Shown here: in pieces, positions 1 to 11,420 of the stretch | Layout of the letters: each line of letters begins with the position of its first letter | Position numbering within the stretch: the stretch's first letter is position 1 | Assembly: GCF_018350175.1 (NCBI RefSeq) | Contig: NC_058368.1 | Span: 149,112,001 to 149,176,000, forward strand | Direction: 5' to 3' | DNA: 64,000 bases | From: Felis catus | Taxonomy: Eukaryota | Position numbers and translations under genes: made by a program | Notes under the pieces: generated by a model | Database searches by the model: none | What the model was told of the DNA's origin: nothing | The model's input: only the letters and a program-made list of their open reading frames with translations

Positions 1-345
1 ATGAACACTTGAGTAAGGAAGGTGTCCTTATAGATACCTTCTTCCAAACTTCTCATTATATTGTAATTAAAGTTGAAACTCTTTAATATGTCATCCTTAA
101 ATGGGGTAGTTTTCAGGTAAACAAAAAAATGGCTTTGAAATCAAGTAATTGAAAAGAAGTACATTCATATGAGAAGGATTTTGTTTTAACTTATGACATA
201 TTAATGTACTTTTGTGTGCCAATATTATGATATTAGGTGAAACTTCTCAGACTATGAAGCTGCTGATTAAAATTTACATCATCTTTCTTAGACAATTCAA
301 ATTTTAATCTTGCTCAAGTAGAATGAGAAGAAATTAAAAGTAAAA

Positions 346-565
346 GGGGCACCTGGGTAGCTCAGTTGGTTGGGGTCCGACTTCAGCTCAGGTCATGATC
401 TCACCATTTGTGAGTTTGAGCCCTGAGTCAGGGCTGTCTGCTGACAGCTCAGAGCTTGGAGCCTGCTTCAGATTCTGTGTCTCCCTCTCTCTCTGACCCT
501 CCCCAGCTTGCACTCTGTCTCTTTCTGTCTCAAAAATAAATAAACATTTAAAAAAATTTTTAAAC
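346..565 (+). mobile_element. CAN-SINE (feline SINEC-type)
   Basis: GGGGCACCTGGGTAGCTCAG tRNA-like head, CT-rich stretch, AATAAA/A-rich tail. Confidence 0.95.
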
Positions 566-633
566 AAAGATAAAAAATCCTGAAGATATATGTATTTCAT
601 GATTTTTATGATTTTTTTCCTCAACTTTTGCAG

Positions 634-675
634 GCTTTTCGCTCATACCAAAATCAATAAAATCTAAAGCCTACA
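634..675 (+). other. Candidate 42-nt plus-strand exon (unverified)
   Basis: Pyrimidine tract tttttttcctcaacttttgcag before, gtgagt after; one open frame (FSLIPKSIKSKAY). Confidence 0.15.
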
Positions 676-1167
676 GTGAGTTTTAGTGACTTACCCATTA
701 TTTTCAAAACATTCTCACAGTGCTCATGTGACAATTTTTCTTTTATTCCCTATTTTCTACTTATGTAATATTAATTTAGTTATGAAATTATAAAAAGGGA
801 CAGGGTTGCAAATTATTAGTATTGGCCTATTTATTAAGCTAATTATGGGTACATGGGCATATGTTTTATTATTATTAATATATTTAAACTGTGTCACTTT
901 ATTATATAAGCTATGTGTATTTTTTAACAATTAAATTGACAGTAAGTTCAGTTTGCATAAACATGATTGGGAAGAGTAGCCAGTTCTCTCGGTAGGCATG
1001 TAACACTAATGGTAGTGAAAGCAGAAAAGCATCCCACATTACGCTAACTTTCGGGTACCATGGACATCAATGAATTATGTGTTATGAGAGGAATGGAGAG
1101 CGTCGGTGAATGTGGCACACTTTAAATATTAGGTGGCATTCCTTTAACGGAGTTTCTCCAGCATTTG

Positions 1168-1202
1168 TGCCTGGTGTGAAAAACACCAGGCAGGTGTTTT
1201 TC
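1168..1202. repeat. Two overlapping perfect 10-bp inverted repeats
   Basis: tgcctggtgt (1168-1177) pairs with acaccaggca (1183-1192); gaaaaacacc (1178-1187) pairs with ggtgtttttc (1193-1202). Confidence 0.9.
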
Positions 1203-1249
1203 TATGCAGTTCACCCGTGAACCCCTTACATTTAGTCTGGCTTTTATTC

Positions 1250-1325
1250 AAATCTGTATAATACCCAGGGCTTCAAACAGTGTTGGCACAGCATGCACTT
1301 AATAAATATTTGTTCAATGAATAAA
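1250..1325 (+). mobile_element. L2 LINE 3' end relic
   Basis: cagtgttggcacagcatgcacttaataaatatttgttcaatgaataa resembles the L2 terminus. Confidence 0.65.
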
Positions 1326-2158
1326 AGAATATTGAATGCCTGAGACATATGCACACTTATTTTACTTGTGCTTCTCTGTATCATTTAAAAAATTAAGTAG
1401 TTCTCACTTCAATATTTTGTCATTTACATCTTGCTGCTGTACTTAGTAACTCAGAATTAATTGGGTAATAGTATTTGCAGTCTCCAAGTTGTAGTTGCAG
1501 AGTGAGTCATAGGAAAATGAGTTTCAGGAATTCACATGATTCTTACGGCTTTCAGGCATGAAATAAAGTTGTGCTTATGATGTCTCATTAGAAAAAAAAA
1601 AGGCTTTGTTGCATTCTGAAGCATTTCAAAATTTCTGCCAAAATTAGAGCAATTACTTAAAGAGTTGCAAAAACTTATAATCACTCTATCTAGAAACTGA
1701 TAAAAAAAAATTCAAATCCTTTATTTCCTATAATAATAAGGCTTCAGAATCTTAAGAACACTGATGTATTTAAGGCAGATATTTTATGATAAATTTAACA
1801 ACCATGACTAACAGCACTGAGTGCTTTTGACAGACTACAAAGCCAAACACCTTGTTGTATTAGCATTTGCAGTCAGGATTAATTCTGTCCATGTACAAAC
1901 ACAAATGCTTTATTGAATTCCATAGAAATGTACTCTCTCTATAGAGGGGATACATGGAGTGGCATGAAGTTATCCCACTGTACCAGTTTATCAGCTTTAG
2001 AAATTATAGAATTCCAGCACCAGATGTCCATTATGAGGTTCAGAACCCAAATAATTAAGTAGGAATACATGTACATTTACCAATGTTCAAAATAAGTGGT
2101 CTCTTTTGTCTTTTCCTTTATGAAGCACACTATAAATCTGTCCTTAAAGACGTGTCTT

Positions 2159-2376
2159 GGGGCGCCTGGGTGGCTCAGTCGGTTAAGCGTCTGACTTCAG
2201 CTCAGGTCATGATCTCGCGGTCCGTGGGTTCAAGCCCCGCATCGGGCTCTGTGCTGACAGCTCAGAGCCTGGAGCCTGTTTCAGATTCTGTGTCTCCCTC
2301 TTTCTCTGACCCTCCCCTGTTCATGCTCTCTCTCTGTCTCAAAAATAAATAAATGTTAAAAAAAAATTAAAAAAAA
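2159..2376 (+). mobile_element. CAN-SINE with 13-bp TSD
   Basis: Full head to tail; TSD aaagacgtgtctt at 2146-2158 and 2377-2389; tt/aaag endonuclease site. Confidence 0.97.
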
Positions 2377-4084
2377 AAAGACGTGTCTTTTGAGGTAGTG
2401 TCTGTATGACACCAAGGCATTCAAATGAAAACTGGAAAATTTACAAACGTCGGCCACTATTTGGGGTCTTGGCATCATGCAGATAAAACACAGGGCACTG
2501 AAAATTTTCCTTTGGTATATATGCTCTGAATCACTTATATGCAGTAACAAGTGGATTTTAGCAGCTTCTTTGCTGAGTGATGTCACTTTCACATCAAAGC
2601 ACAATCTTTAATACAAGCATCCACCTAGAAGACTAGCAAATACCCCCAAAGAAATTTATAGCCTCTGTGGGCCAAACCTAAGGTGGGTACATTTTATAAG
2701 CTCTAATATATAAATATATATGGGGGGAGTGTAAAAGTATATGTGCCAAATTATTTTTTAAATAAACCAATTACCTTGTCATTCTGTTGAAAAATGCATA
2801 ATCATCTGTCACTTTGCAATATAGTTTCTGAAGAGTTTTTAGCTGTAAAATCTTTTGCTTAAATGAATTTTTACATAAAAATACACCATGCAAAATATAT
2901 GTGTAGTTCTGATTTGGTAAGAGCTTACATAGCTATTGAAATGGCTCCATGGAAGGGTTCTTTAGTGCACAGTTTGCAAACCACTAATCTAAGGGATAAA
3001 TTCACCCACTATTGTTTGCTTTTCATGCTTTCATAAACCTGTCTCACCTTACCTACCTTTGCTTCTCATCACATTTGTCCTCCACTTAGCATGGCTCTCC
3101 ATTCTCACTGCCTTTCAAAATTCTATTCAAGGATCAACTTAAATGTCACCTATAGATGACAAATTTACTAACCCACACCAAATAAAACATTCCTTGTTTC
3201 TACTTTCATAATTGTGTCAAGTATATTTGTTAGGCATTTATAAGATTTTTATTTATTATACAATTTATTTTATAGTTATTGCATTGGTTATTTTTATGTT
3301 TTTTTATATTTTGATATTTTTTTATCTTTTTGCTGGAAACAGGAACTAGCACAGTACCTGCACAAATTAGCATTTTAAAAAGTAAAGTATAATCCACCCT
3401 TTCTAGTGCCACTATGTGTATCTTTGTAAAACATAGATTTGAACCTGTGGCTTTGTTCATTTAAAACTTGTACCTGAACATTAAGCATGATTATGTAGCC
3501 TAAACCCATACCTCATTCCTTTTGTTAATTAAGGTGCTAATCCAGCAAATACTTTGTGAATGAATAAGGTTCTAGGAACTTCAAAAAACAAACAAATAAA
3601 TAAATAAATAGTAAAAATTTATTTATTGAATGAAGAAGAGAGAGATATGTGTCAACATTTAGTGCTTTCTCTATACTTTATGTTCTTTAGCTTGATAAAC
3701 CTACCTCTATGATGAATTTTGTCTAGCCTCCTATGTACCGTTAATAACTAAATGATGTTTTTCCATTTGGCTCAACAATTCAAAGAAAAATAACACTAGC
3801 TTTTCTTAGACTTACACTTTTTTTTTCTACACTGGATTTAAGAAAGTTTAGTATTAATTGAACTCATTCCCTAATTTATTTTCAGATACTTCCCCACCTA
3901 TCAAGAACCCCAAAGGCTCAGCACTACTGTCCTGGTATCCCTGAGTTTTCAGTATTGGCCAATCAGTATGGCCTCCTTAATGCACAGGATTCGTGGCCGT
4001 TTGCGTATCTTAGACTCAGATTTCTGTTAGACTTTGGCTGACTCTCTTGAGCCCTGGCCTCAGACATGTTCTTATCCATTTGGT

Positions 4085-4170
4085 TTTTAATCTTTATTAA
4101 ATTATAGTTAGTTAACATATAGCGTAATATTCGTTTCAGGAGTAGAATTTAGTAATTCGTCACTTACATA
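4085..4170 (-). mobile_element. Short carnivore L1 3' end fragment
   Basis: agttagttaacatatagcgtaatattcgtttcaggagtagaatttagt matches the L1 ends at 11230 and 48030. Confidence 0.75.
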
Positions 4171-4987
4171 TTAGACTTCTACTTTAAAAGTGACAATATA
4201 TTACTTTTTTTTTAGATCTTCACCTCAAACAGAGAAAATCAGTGTCTTCCAACAAAAAAAAAAACAACTATTTTTTTAAATTTAAAGATGTTTGAAATAT
4301 CAGATTTTAAAATGCAAAAATATGTTCTGAAAGCTGAAGTCTGTATTTTCAAATAAAAGCATATTTTGTTTATTTAGGACCCAGCACACATGTATTTTAC
4401 AAAAACCATTTTCAATTAGGAATTCAACATGGAAATATCAGTCAAAATCCGATATAGTGGTATTTTTTAAAGTGGTTATTTTTCTGACTCATGTAAACCT
4501 TAGGTGTGAGTCCAAGTCTTTCTCATGAAAGTCTACTACATCATTCTCCATCTAAATTGATAGTAATTGAAAAAAATTATTACATACCAAAAATGACTTT
4601 CAGTGTATAATAAACAAATTATCCAAAATGTAGATGGTCCAGATGATCATGGAAAAAAATTAAATATAATAGCAGCCTTAGGCAAAAAATGTTTTTCTTC
4701 AGTACTGTCCTAGCTGCCTTCCACACTATCCCTCCATGTTAGACACTCCTCTGGCTCCATCAGAGGTCTGGCCACCATCAGTTTTATTCTAAGTCAGCTG
4801 TCAGAATATTATACACCAAATTATAAATAAACATTTTTTTTCTTCTTTTCGGAGGACTTACACTTAGGAGAATTTGCTTGCTAACCTAAAAATATGTATC
4901 AAAAAGAGGACATATAGAGCATGTTCCAGAAAAAGATTCATTATTGGAGCAGCTTTTTCCAGGCAGCAACATCAAAATGGTTTACAA

Positions 4988-5160
4988 GAAGCAGACTCTT
5001 TAACTATAGAGAACAAACTGATGGTTCCCACAGGGGAGGTGGGTGAGGAATGGGTAAAATAGGTGATGAGGATTAAGGAGTATGCTTGTTGTGATGAGCA
5101 CAGGGTGTTGTATGTCAGTGTTGAATCACTGGAATTTAAATAAAAACTGTAAAAAAAATA
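4988..5160 (+). mobile_element. 5'-truncated carnivore L1 3' end
   Basis: agactctttaactatagagaacaaactgatggtt...aataaa with A tail; aaaatggt on both flanks (TSD-like). Confidence 0.85.
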
Positions 5161-5709
5161 AAAATGGTATAGATGCTCCATCTCCTTTAGCTGTTATTGT
5201 CCATAATTCTGAAGGAAAACAGATTCATATAATGTCAGGATTGTGGATCTCAGAATTCCATGTCTCAAGACCTAGCCAGACACCCAACACAAGGCTAATA
5301 CATATGCTAAGTGTTTCTAAAATAGAGAGTCAGCTTCAAATTCTTTTTTTCTGGTTTCTTCCCTTATGAACAGTATTACGATACTGACAATATTCAATAT
5401 CCCTTTTGTCACCCTCTTTCTTTTAAGCCATAGCAGGTTTCCTTTCTTCAAAATTTTACCTCAAGTGATTTCATCCAGATGCAACATACACAACCATCAC
5501 ATAGTAGAACAAAAAAGAAGGTAATTTTAAAGGAGATGTTTCTCTTTTTTGCAACTGAATCAAAGTTTCATTCACCATGTGTCCTAAAGGACTAAATTTT
5601 TCCTTGAATCCTGTAAAGTTTTCTTTTCGGGGGCGGAGGGAATGAATGGAGAGCAAATTGAGTTTCTTCTAAACATTAGAGCATGTTCTTTACATGTTTG
5701 TATAGTTAA

Positions 5710-5950
5710 TAATAAGAACAATAGCTACCATTTATCTAGGAAGTTAACTACTTGCTAGCACTATTCTAAAGCCTTTCATGTATTGTTTTGGTTAATCACC
5801 TCAACAATCAATGGGTTAGATACTATTATTCCCATTTTACACAAGATAAAACTGAAAGACAGGGGTAATATCTTGCACAAGGTATATAGTAGAATCAGAA
5901 TCCACGTGTAAGCAGTGCAGTGTCAGAGTCCACCCGGGGCCTTTCACCAC
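5710..5950 (-). mobile_element. MIR SINE
   Basis: Core tattattcccattttacacaagataaaactga...cttgcacaaggt. Confidence 0.8.
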
Positions 5951-6078
5951 TCTTTGATACCTTTTCCTTCTTTCATTTGATTTTATAAAAATTCTGTTAG
6001 ACAGTCAGGGGCGATTATTTTTATTCTACAAATGAGAGAAATTAAGTTCAGGGCTACTAAGCGACATAGGAAGTTCTA

Positions 6079-6287
6079 GACTGCATTTTTCAATACGATA
6101 TCCATTATGTAGCTATCTAAACTTAAATTGGTATTAATTAAAATGAAATAAAATTCAAAACAATTCCTCAGGTTCACTAGCTACATTTCAAGTGCTCATT
6201 AGCCTCGTATACCTAGGTGGCTATGGTACTGGCCAGCGTAGAAATAGAGTATATCCAACATTGCAGGAAATTCTATTGGACAGCACT
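6079..6287. mobile_element. MER3-like hAT-Charlie MITE
   Basis: cactagctacatttcaagtgctcattagc and ttctattggacagcac motifs. Confidence 0.8.
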
Positions 6288-9200
6288 AGTCTCTAAAAAT
6301 GTGTCTTTGATTCCTTGGGTAGAGGCAGGCAGATCCTATCCTTAAGGTCCAAACAAATTTCCTACAAGAAAATACGTAGGCACCTCAAGATGCTACTGCA
6401 GCCTAGCCATGGTTTTCTAATACAAAAGAAGAATAATTTATAGTTCATGTATTTTATATAGTAATCACCAGGCTCATTTTAACACTTACATTATAAAAAA
6501 AAGAGAAGTAGATAAGGGATCCGAATACAAAGTGAAAAATAATCAAGATTATAAAAGATAAGAAATTATATCTCATTCAATTTTTAATTAGTCTCATATC
6601 ATAGTTCATTCATTAACATTTAAATAATCTAATCTACCCTGTAGAAAAAACTAAACATTGATAATCATATAATATAAACTTCACAATGCATAGTTTTCAA
6701 AAGTTATGAAAAAATTAAATAACACTTTGCAATGTTTGATGGTATAAGCGAAGATCACTAGGAATTCTATAGACTTAAAAGAGAGTGCCTCTTTTTCTAA
6801 TGAAATCTATGACTTTAAAAGAGAGTCCTTTAAATAGATTTCTATTCCCTTTGTTCTGTACTCAACACACTCTTAAACAAAAACACTTGACTAAAAATAA
6901 GGTGATGTAGGCAGTAATGGCTTTGTCTATAATATAAGACCCTATTTCCTGGAATAACTTTTAATTCTGCACAAAATACCTTATCATTAATTTATGGAAA
7001 TTGAACTAAAACTAATAAATACCTTAGTGCTTCATCTTAAAGATAATATAATTGCTCCTTTAATAAAAGCAAGTGTGTGAAGACTCCTCAGACATAAATG
7101 AGAATATAAAATAAGGATAAGAAAATGATTCTTTGTTTTGTGGACAGGCAAAGCTAATTGAAGAAGACACAGAAACCAAATCCAAATCTTGGTAGAGTGA
7201 GGGGGGATGCACCAGTGTGATATGTAGGAAACAGTCTCTTGGGAAGAAGGAAATCAGTGGATTCCCTGGGACTAAAGCAGGTTAGTACTGAGAAAGCATT
7301 CATATCAAATCATGTGGAACCAATCACCCATTGTCACCTTGCCTACTGGAAACAAACAAGTTATGTAGAGTCTCAGAGACAGAAAAAAATGAGAAAGGTG
7401 GAAACAGAAAAGGGAAAGTTAGAAAGAGAGAGAGAAAAAAAATCACCTTCCGTTAGAATGAATAGAATTGCTGAATAGAATGAATACACCTGTCATTCAG
7501 GGGCTACATGTGAGCCTGAGGAAGTGCCCCCAGTTGGGCAAGTATGAAGGAGAGGGGAATATACCACATTTTCTTTGCCTTCCCAGGGATTGGCCTCCCT
7601 CCATAAACTGAGCAGGGACTTGTGTGTGAGATATGATTCCTAAAAGACAGAAATCAGGACATACAAAATAGTTCATTTACCACCAGAGAGCATTTGGACT
7701 GTATCCCTCCCCATTTCTTTTCCTGGGGAAATCTTTTGAACAAAGAAATGAGGACTTACTGCATTTCTATCCTAAAATGTATGTCATATATTTAAATCTT
7801 ATCCATAACAGGAACTTAAAATATCAGGTATCTTCGCCCAATTTCTATGAAGACTACATTGTAACCTTTGAAAACAATTTTCCTATTTTTAACTACCTCA
7901 GAAAGGAAGTGCTTCTGGATCTACAGCAGAATAGTTCTCTTAATCTTTAAGAATTCATACCCTGAAAGTATACAATGGAAAAAAATCTTTCTACTCTATA
8001 AATCAGTCTCTCAAGGAGCTTACCCTCCTGCCTAGTTTTTTTTTATTTATTGGAGATAAGCTTTTCATAGACAACTATCAAATCACCCCTGAGCCTTCAA
8101 CACTTCATACTAAGAGTTTTCTGCAAATTGTTACATATTGATTAAGTGCCTACATATTTTCCAATTACTTTAATGATTTTTAAAAAATGCTCTGTGAAAA
8201 AACGGCAACCATATAATTTATTAGTTATCTGTAACAAATTGACTCAAATTTTCTTTGTTTCAAATGTGACCAGGCAATTTGGTTCTATAATTACGAGATA
8301 AAAGAAAGTAAACATTTCCTTATTGGAAAGTCAATAAATATGCTTTTTTCTCAATTATGCTTTAAAAATACTTCCAAGAGTACAATTGCAAATAAGATGC
8401 TTAGCTACTCGTTTTATTAATTTTGCCATCTTGAGTTTGGCAAGCCAGTTTTTCAAAGCGCTGGTGTGTGTTAAAAAAGGGCTTATTTTTGTGTTTTTAA
8501 TACAGTACGTTTCAACTGATGATTTATTTCATGCAAATAATTAAATACCCAATTACAGTATGTGGTGAGTAGAAAATTGCTAATAGAATATGCCTATCAA
8601 ACCTGAGGAATATTAGAATGTGCATATGGGTTCAGTTCAGTTAACAGAAAAATTGGATTCCAATCATTTACTCTTGATAGCAATTTTGCCCTCTGTTCTT
8701 GGGTTCACCTGATATAACAGTACAAGACAAGCTATATTTGCAAAATACCACCTGGGAACATGCCTTGCACAAAATCCATTATTTGCTTAACAGTTTTATG
8801 TATGTTCTGTACATTATTTGAAAAGTCTTCAGGTGCACAGTTGATATGTTACCAGGGGATTCTGCTTCTGCAACTTTTCAATAAAAAGTGGCACATCTGA
8901 AAATCATAATATAAGATTTCTGTGGAGTAGTGTATCAAAGTAGCTGATTTAAAATGGAATGAATTTTTACTCTTCATAAATTCCTGCCTAATTTTTATGG
9001 AAGTTGAAATACTAATTAGCATTATAATTGTTTCAGGACAGTTAGAAAAATAACAATTTTACATTAACATTTCTTCTATAAAAAAAATAATAAAAGCTTT
9101 TCCACACCTGCTATCCAGGCTATTATGTACTTTCATTTACTTCCTTTCTTGTCAGAAAAAAAGGATTGTGGCTTTACTGCTGATAACAAGGGCCTGAAAA

Positions 9201-9523
9201 TATTACCAATGTTATGTAAACAGATGCCCATTGGGAAGATATAAAATTTAAGTGCCATTGTTGGCATTATTGTAATGCACAATAACAAAAGCCCTCATAT
9301 TTTTAGCACATTTGATCTTCTTATATTTACTTAGTTTCACAATATACTAAACTGTAGAAACAATATTCCACAGACAAGTTCAAAAAATGCATATTATCTG
9401 GTCACAAAGGGAATTATCTACAAGAGAATGAGAGATTACAGCAAGTCTACCAGATTTATCATAAATCATCACTCTAGAAAAACCATTTTACAAAGTACAT
9501 CATCCATTCACCTACTTCAACAA

Positions 9524-10852
9524 AGTAGGTTTAGTGGGAACATACCTCAACATGATAAAGACTGTATATGAAAAACCCACAACTAATATCATCCTCATGG
9601 GGAAAAATTGAGAGCCTTTCCTCTAAGGTAAGGAGTAAGACAAAGATGTTCATTCTCACCACTTCTATTTATCATAGTACTGGAAGTCCTAGCCATAGCA
9701 GTTAGACAACAAAAAGAAATACAAAACATATAAATTGGTATGGAAGAAGTAAAACTTTCATTATTTGCAAATGACATTATACAATATATAGAAAACCTTA
9801 AAGACTCCACCAAAATACTACTAGAACTGATACACAAATTCAGTAAAGTCACAGTATAAAAAATCAGAAATCCATTGCATTTCTAGACACTTATAATGAA
9901 TCAGCAGAGAGAGAAATTAAGGAATAAATCCCATTTACATTTGCACCAAAAATAACAAGATACCTAACCAAAGAGGTGAAAGACCTATACTCTGAAACTC
10001 TAAAACACTGATGTAAGAAATTTAAGAAGACCCAAAGAAATGGAAAAACATTCCATGCTCATGGATTGGAAGAACCAATATTGTTAAAATGTCTACAAAA
10101 TCCAAAGCAATCTACACATATAATGCAATCCCAATCAAAATACCACTAGCATTTTTCACAGAGCTAGAACAAACAATCTTTAAATTTGTATGGCACCACA
10201 AATGACCCCAAAAAGCCAAAGCAATCTTGAAAAGAAAAGCAAATCTGGAGGCATCACAATTCCAGACTTCAAGTTATATTACAAAGCTGTAGTGATCAAA
10301 ACAGTAAGGCACTAGCACGAAATAAACACGTAAATGAATAGCACAGAGTAGAAAATCCAGAAATGAACTCAAAACTATATGGTCAATTAATCTTCAACAA
10401 AGCAGGAAAGAATATCAAATGAGAAAAAGAATGTTTCTTTAACAAATGGTGTTGGGAAAACTGGACAGCAACATGCAAAAGAATGAAACTGGACCACTTC
10501 CTTACACCATACACAAAATTAAATTCAAAATGGATTGAAGACCTAAACGTGAGACCTGAAACCATAAAAATCCTAGATGAGAACACCAGCAGTACCTTCT
10601 TTGACATCAGCTGTAGCTATGTCTTACTAGATATGTCTCCTGAGGAAAGGAAAACAAAAGCAAATATAAACTGTTGTGACTTCATGAAAGTAAAAACTTC
10701 TGCACCATGAAGGAAACAATCACAAAACTAAAAGGCAACATATGGAATAGGAGAATATACTTGCAAATGACACAGCTGATAAAGGGTTAGAACCCAAAAT
10801 GTATAAACAACTTATAAAACAACATCCCAGAATGCATAATCCAATCAAAAAG
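9524..10852 (+). mobile_element. Degenerate carnivore L1 ORF2 fragment (RT to C-terminal region), lacking both ends
   Basis: Colinear with L1 ORF2 at about 18520-19885; ORF 10483-10710 [12 protein letters not shown]; multiple stops. Confidence 0.95.
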
Positions 10853-10861
10853 TAGATAGCT

Positions 10862-11060
10862 GGGGTTCCTGGGTGGCTTAGTTGGTTAAGCATCCTTGGT
10901 TCAGGTAGTGATCTCACAGTGTGTGAGTGGGGGACTCATGTGGGGGGACTCTGAGCTGGCAGCACAGATCCTGCTTGGAATTCTTTCTCCCTCTCTTTAT
11001 CCCTACCCCACTCGTGTTCTCTCTCTCAAAATGAACTTAAAAAAATTAAAAAGCAAATAA
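10862..11060 (+). mobile_element. CAN-SINE (older)
   Basis: ggggttcctgggtggcttagttggttaagc head; degenerate TSD aaaaa(g)tagata. Confidence 0.9.
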
Positions 11061-11118
11061 AAAATAGATACTTTATGAACCTGTGCTTCCCAATTTTGAT
11101 TCTTTACAATCTACCAGG

Positions 11119-11152
11119 GTTTGTTTGTTTGTTTGTTTGTTTGTTTGTTTGT
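11119..11152. repeat. (GTTT)n microsatellite
   Basis: Direct read. Confidence 0.95.
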
Positions 11153-11203
11153 TTTCCTATCCTTCAGTCACTATCATCAGTTGGAAGATTACTTTTTTAT
11201 GCT

Positions 11204-11420
11204 ATTTTTAAAAGGTTTTCTTTTAAATTCCAGTTAGTTAACATACAGTATAATATTAGTTTCAGGTGTGCAATATAGAGATTTAATACTTCTACACATC
11301 ACCTGTTGTTCATCACAACAAGTGCACCCCTTAATCCCCATCAACTATTTACTCCTCCCCTCACCCGCCTCCCCTCTGGTAACAATCAGTTTCTTCTCTA
11401 TAATTTAGAGTCTGGTTTTT
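11204..11420 (-). mobile_element. Carnivore L1 3' end
   Basis: tttaaattccagttagttaacatacagt...cccctctggtaacaatcagtttcttctcta. Confidence 0.9.

Noticed and set aside
346..430. tRNA-like A/B-box sequence here and at the other SINE heads
   Set aside because: tRNA-derived SINE heads, not tRNA genes
1503..1509. AP-1 motif TGAGTCA and other short transcription-factor motifs in unique stretches
   Set aside because: Expected by chance; an enhancer call needs conservation or chromatin data
6765..6830. Imperfect ~23-bp direct repeat (tctat-gact-taaaagagagt)
   Set aside because: Two copies only; simple local duplication
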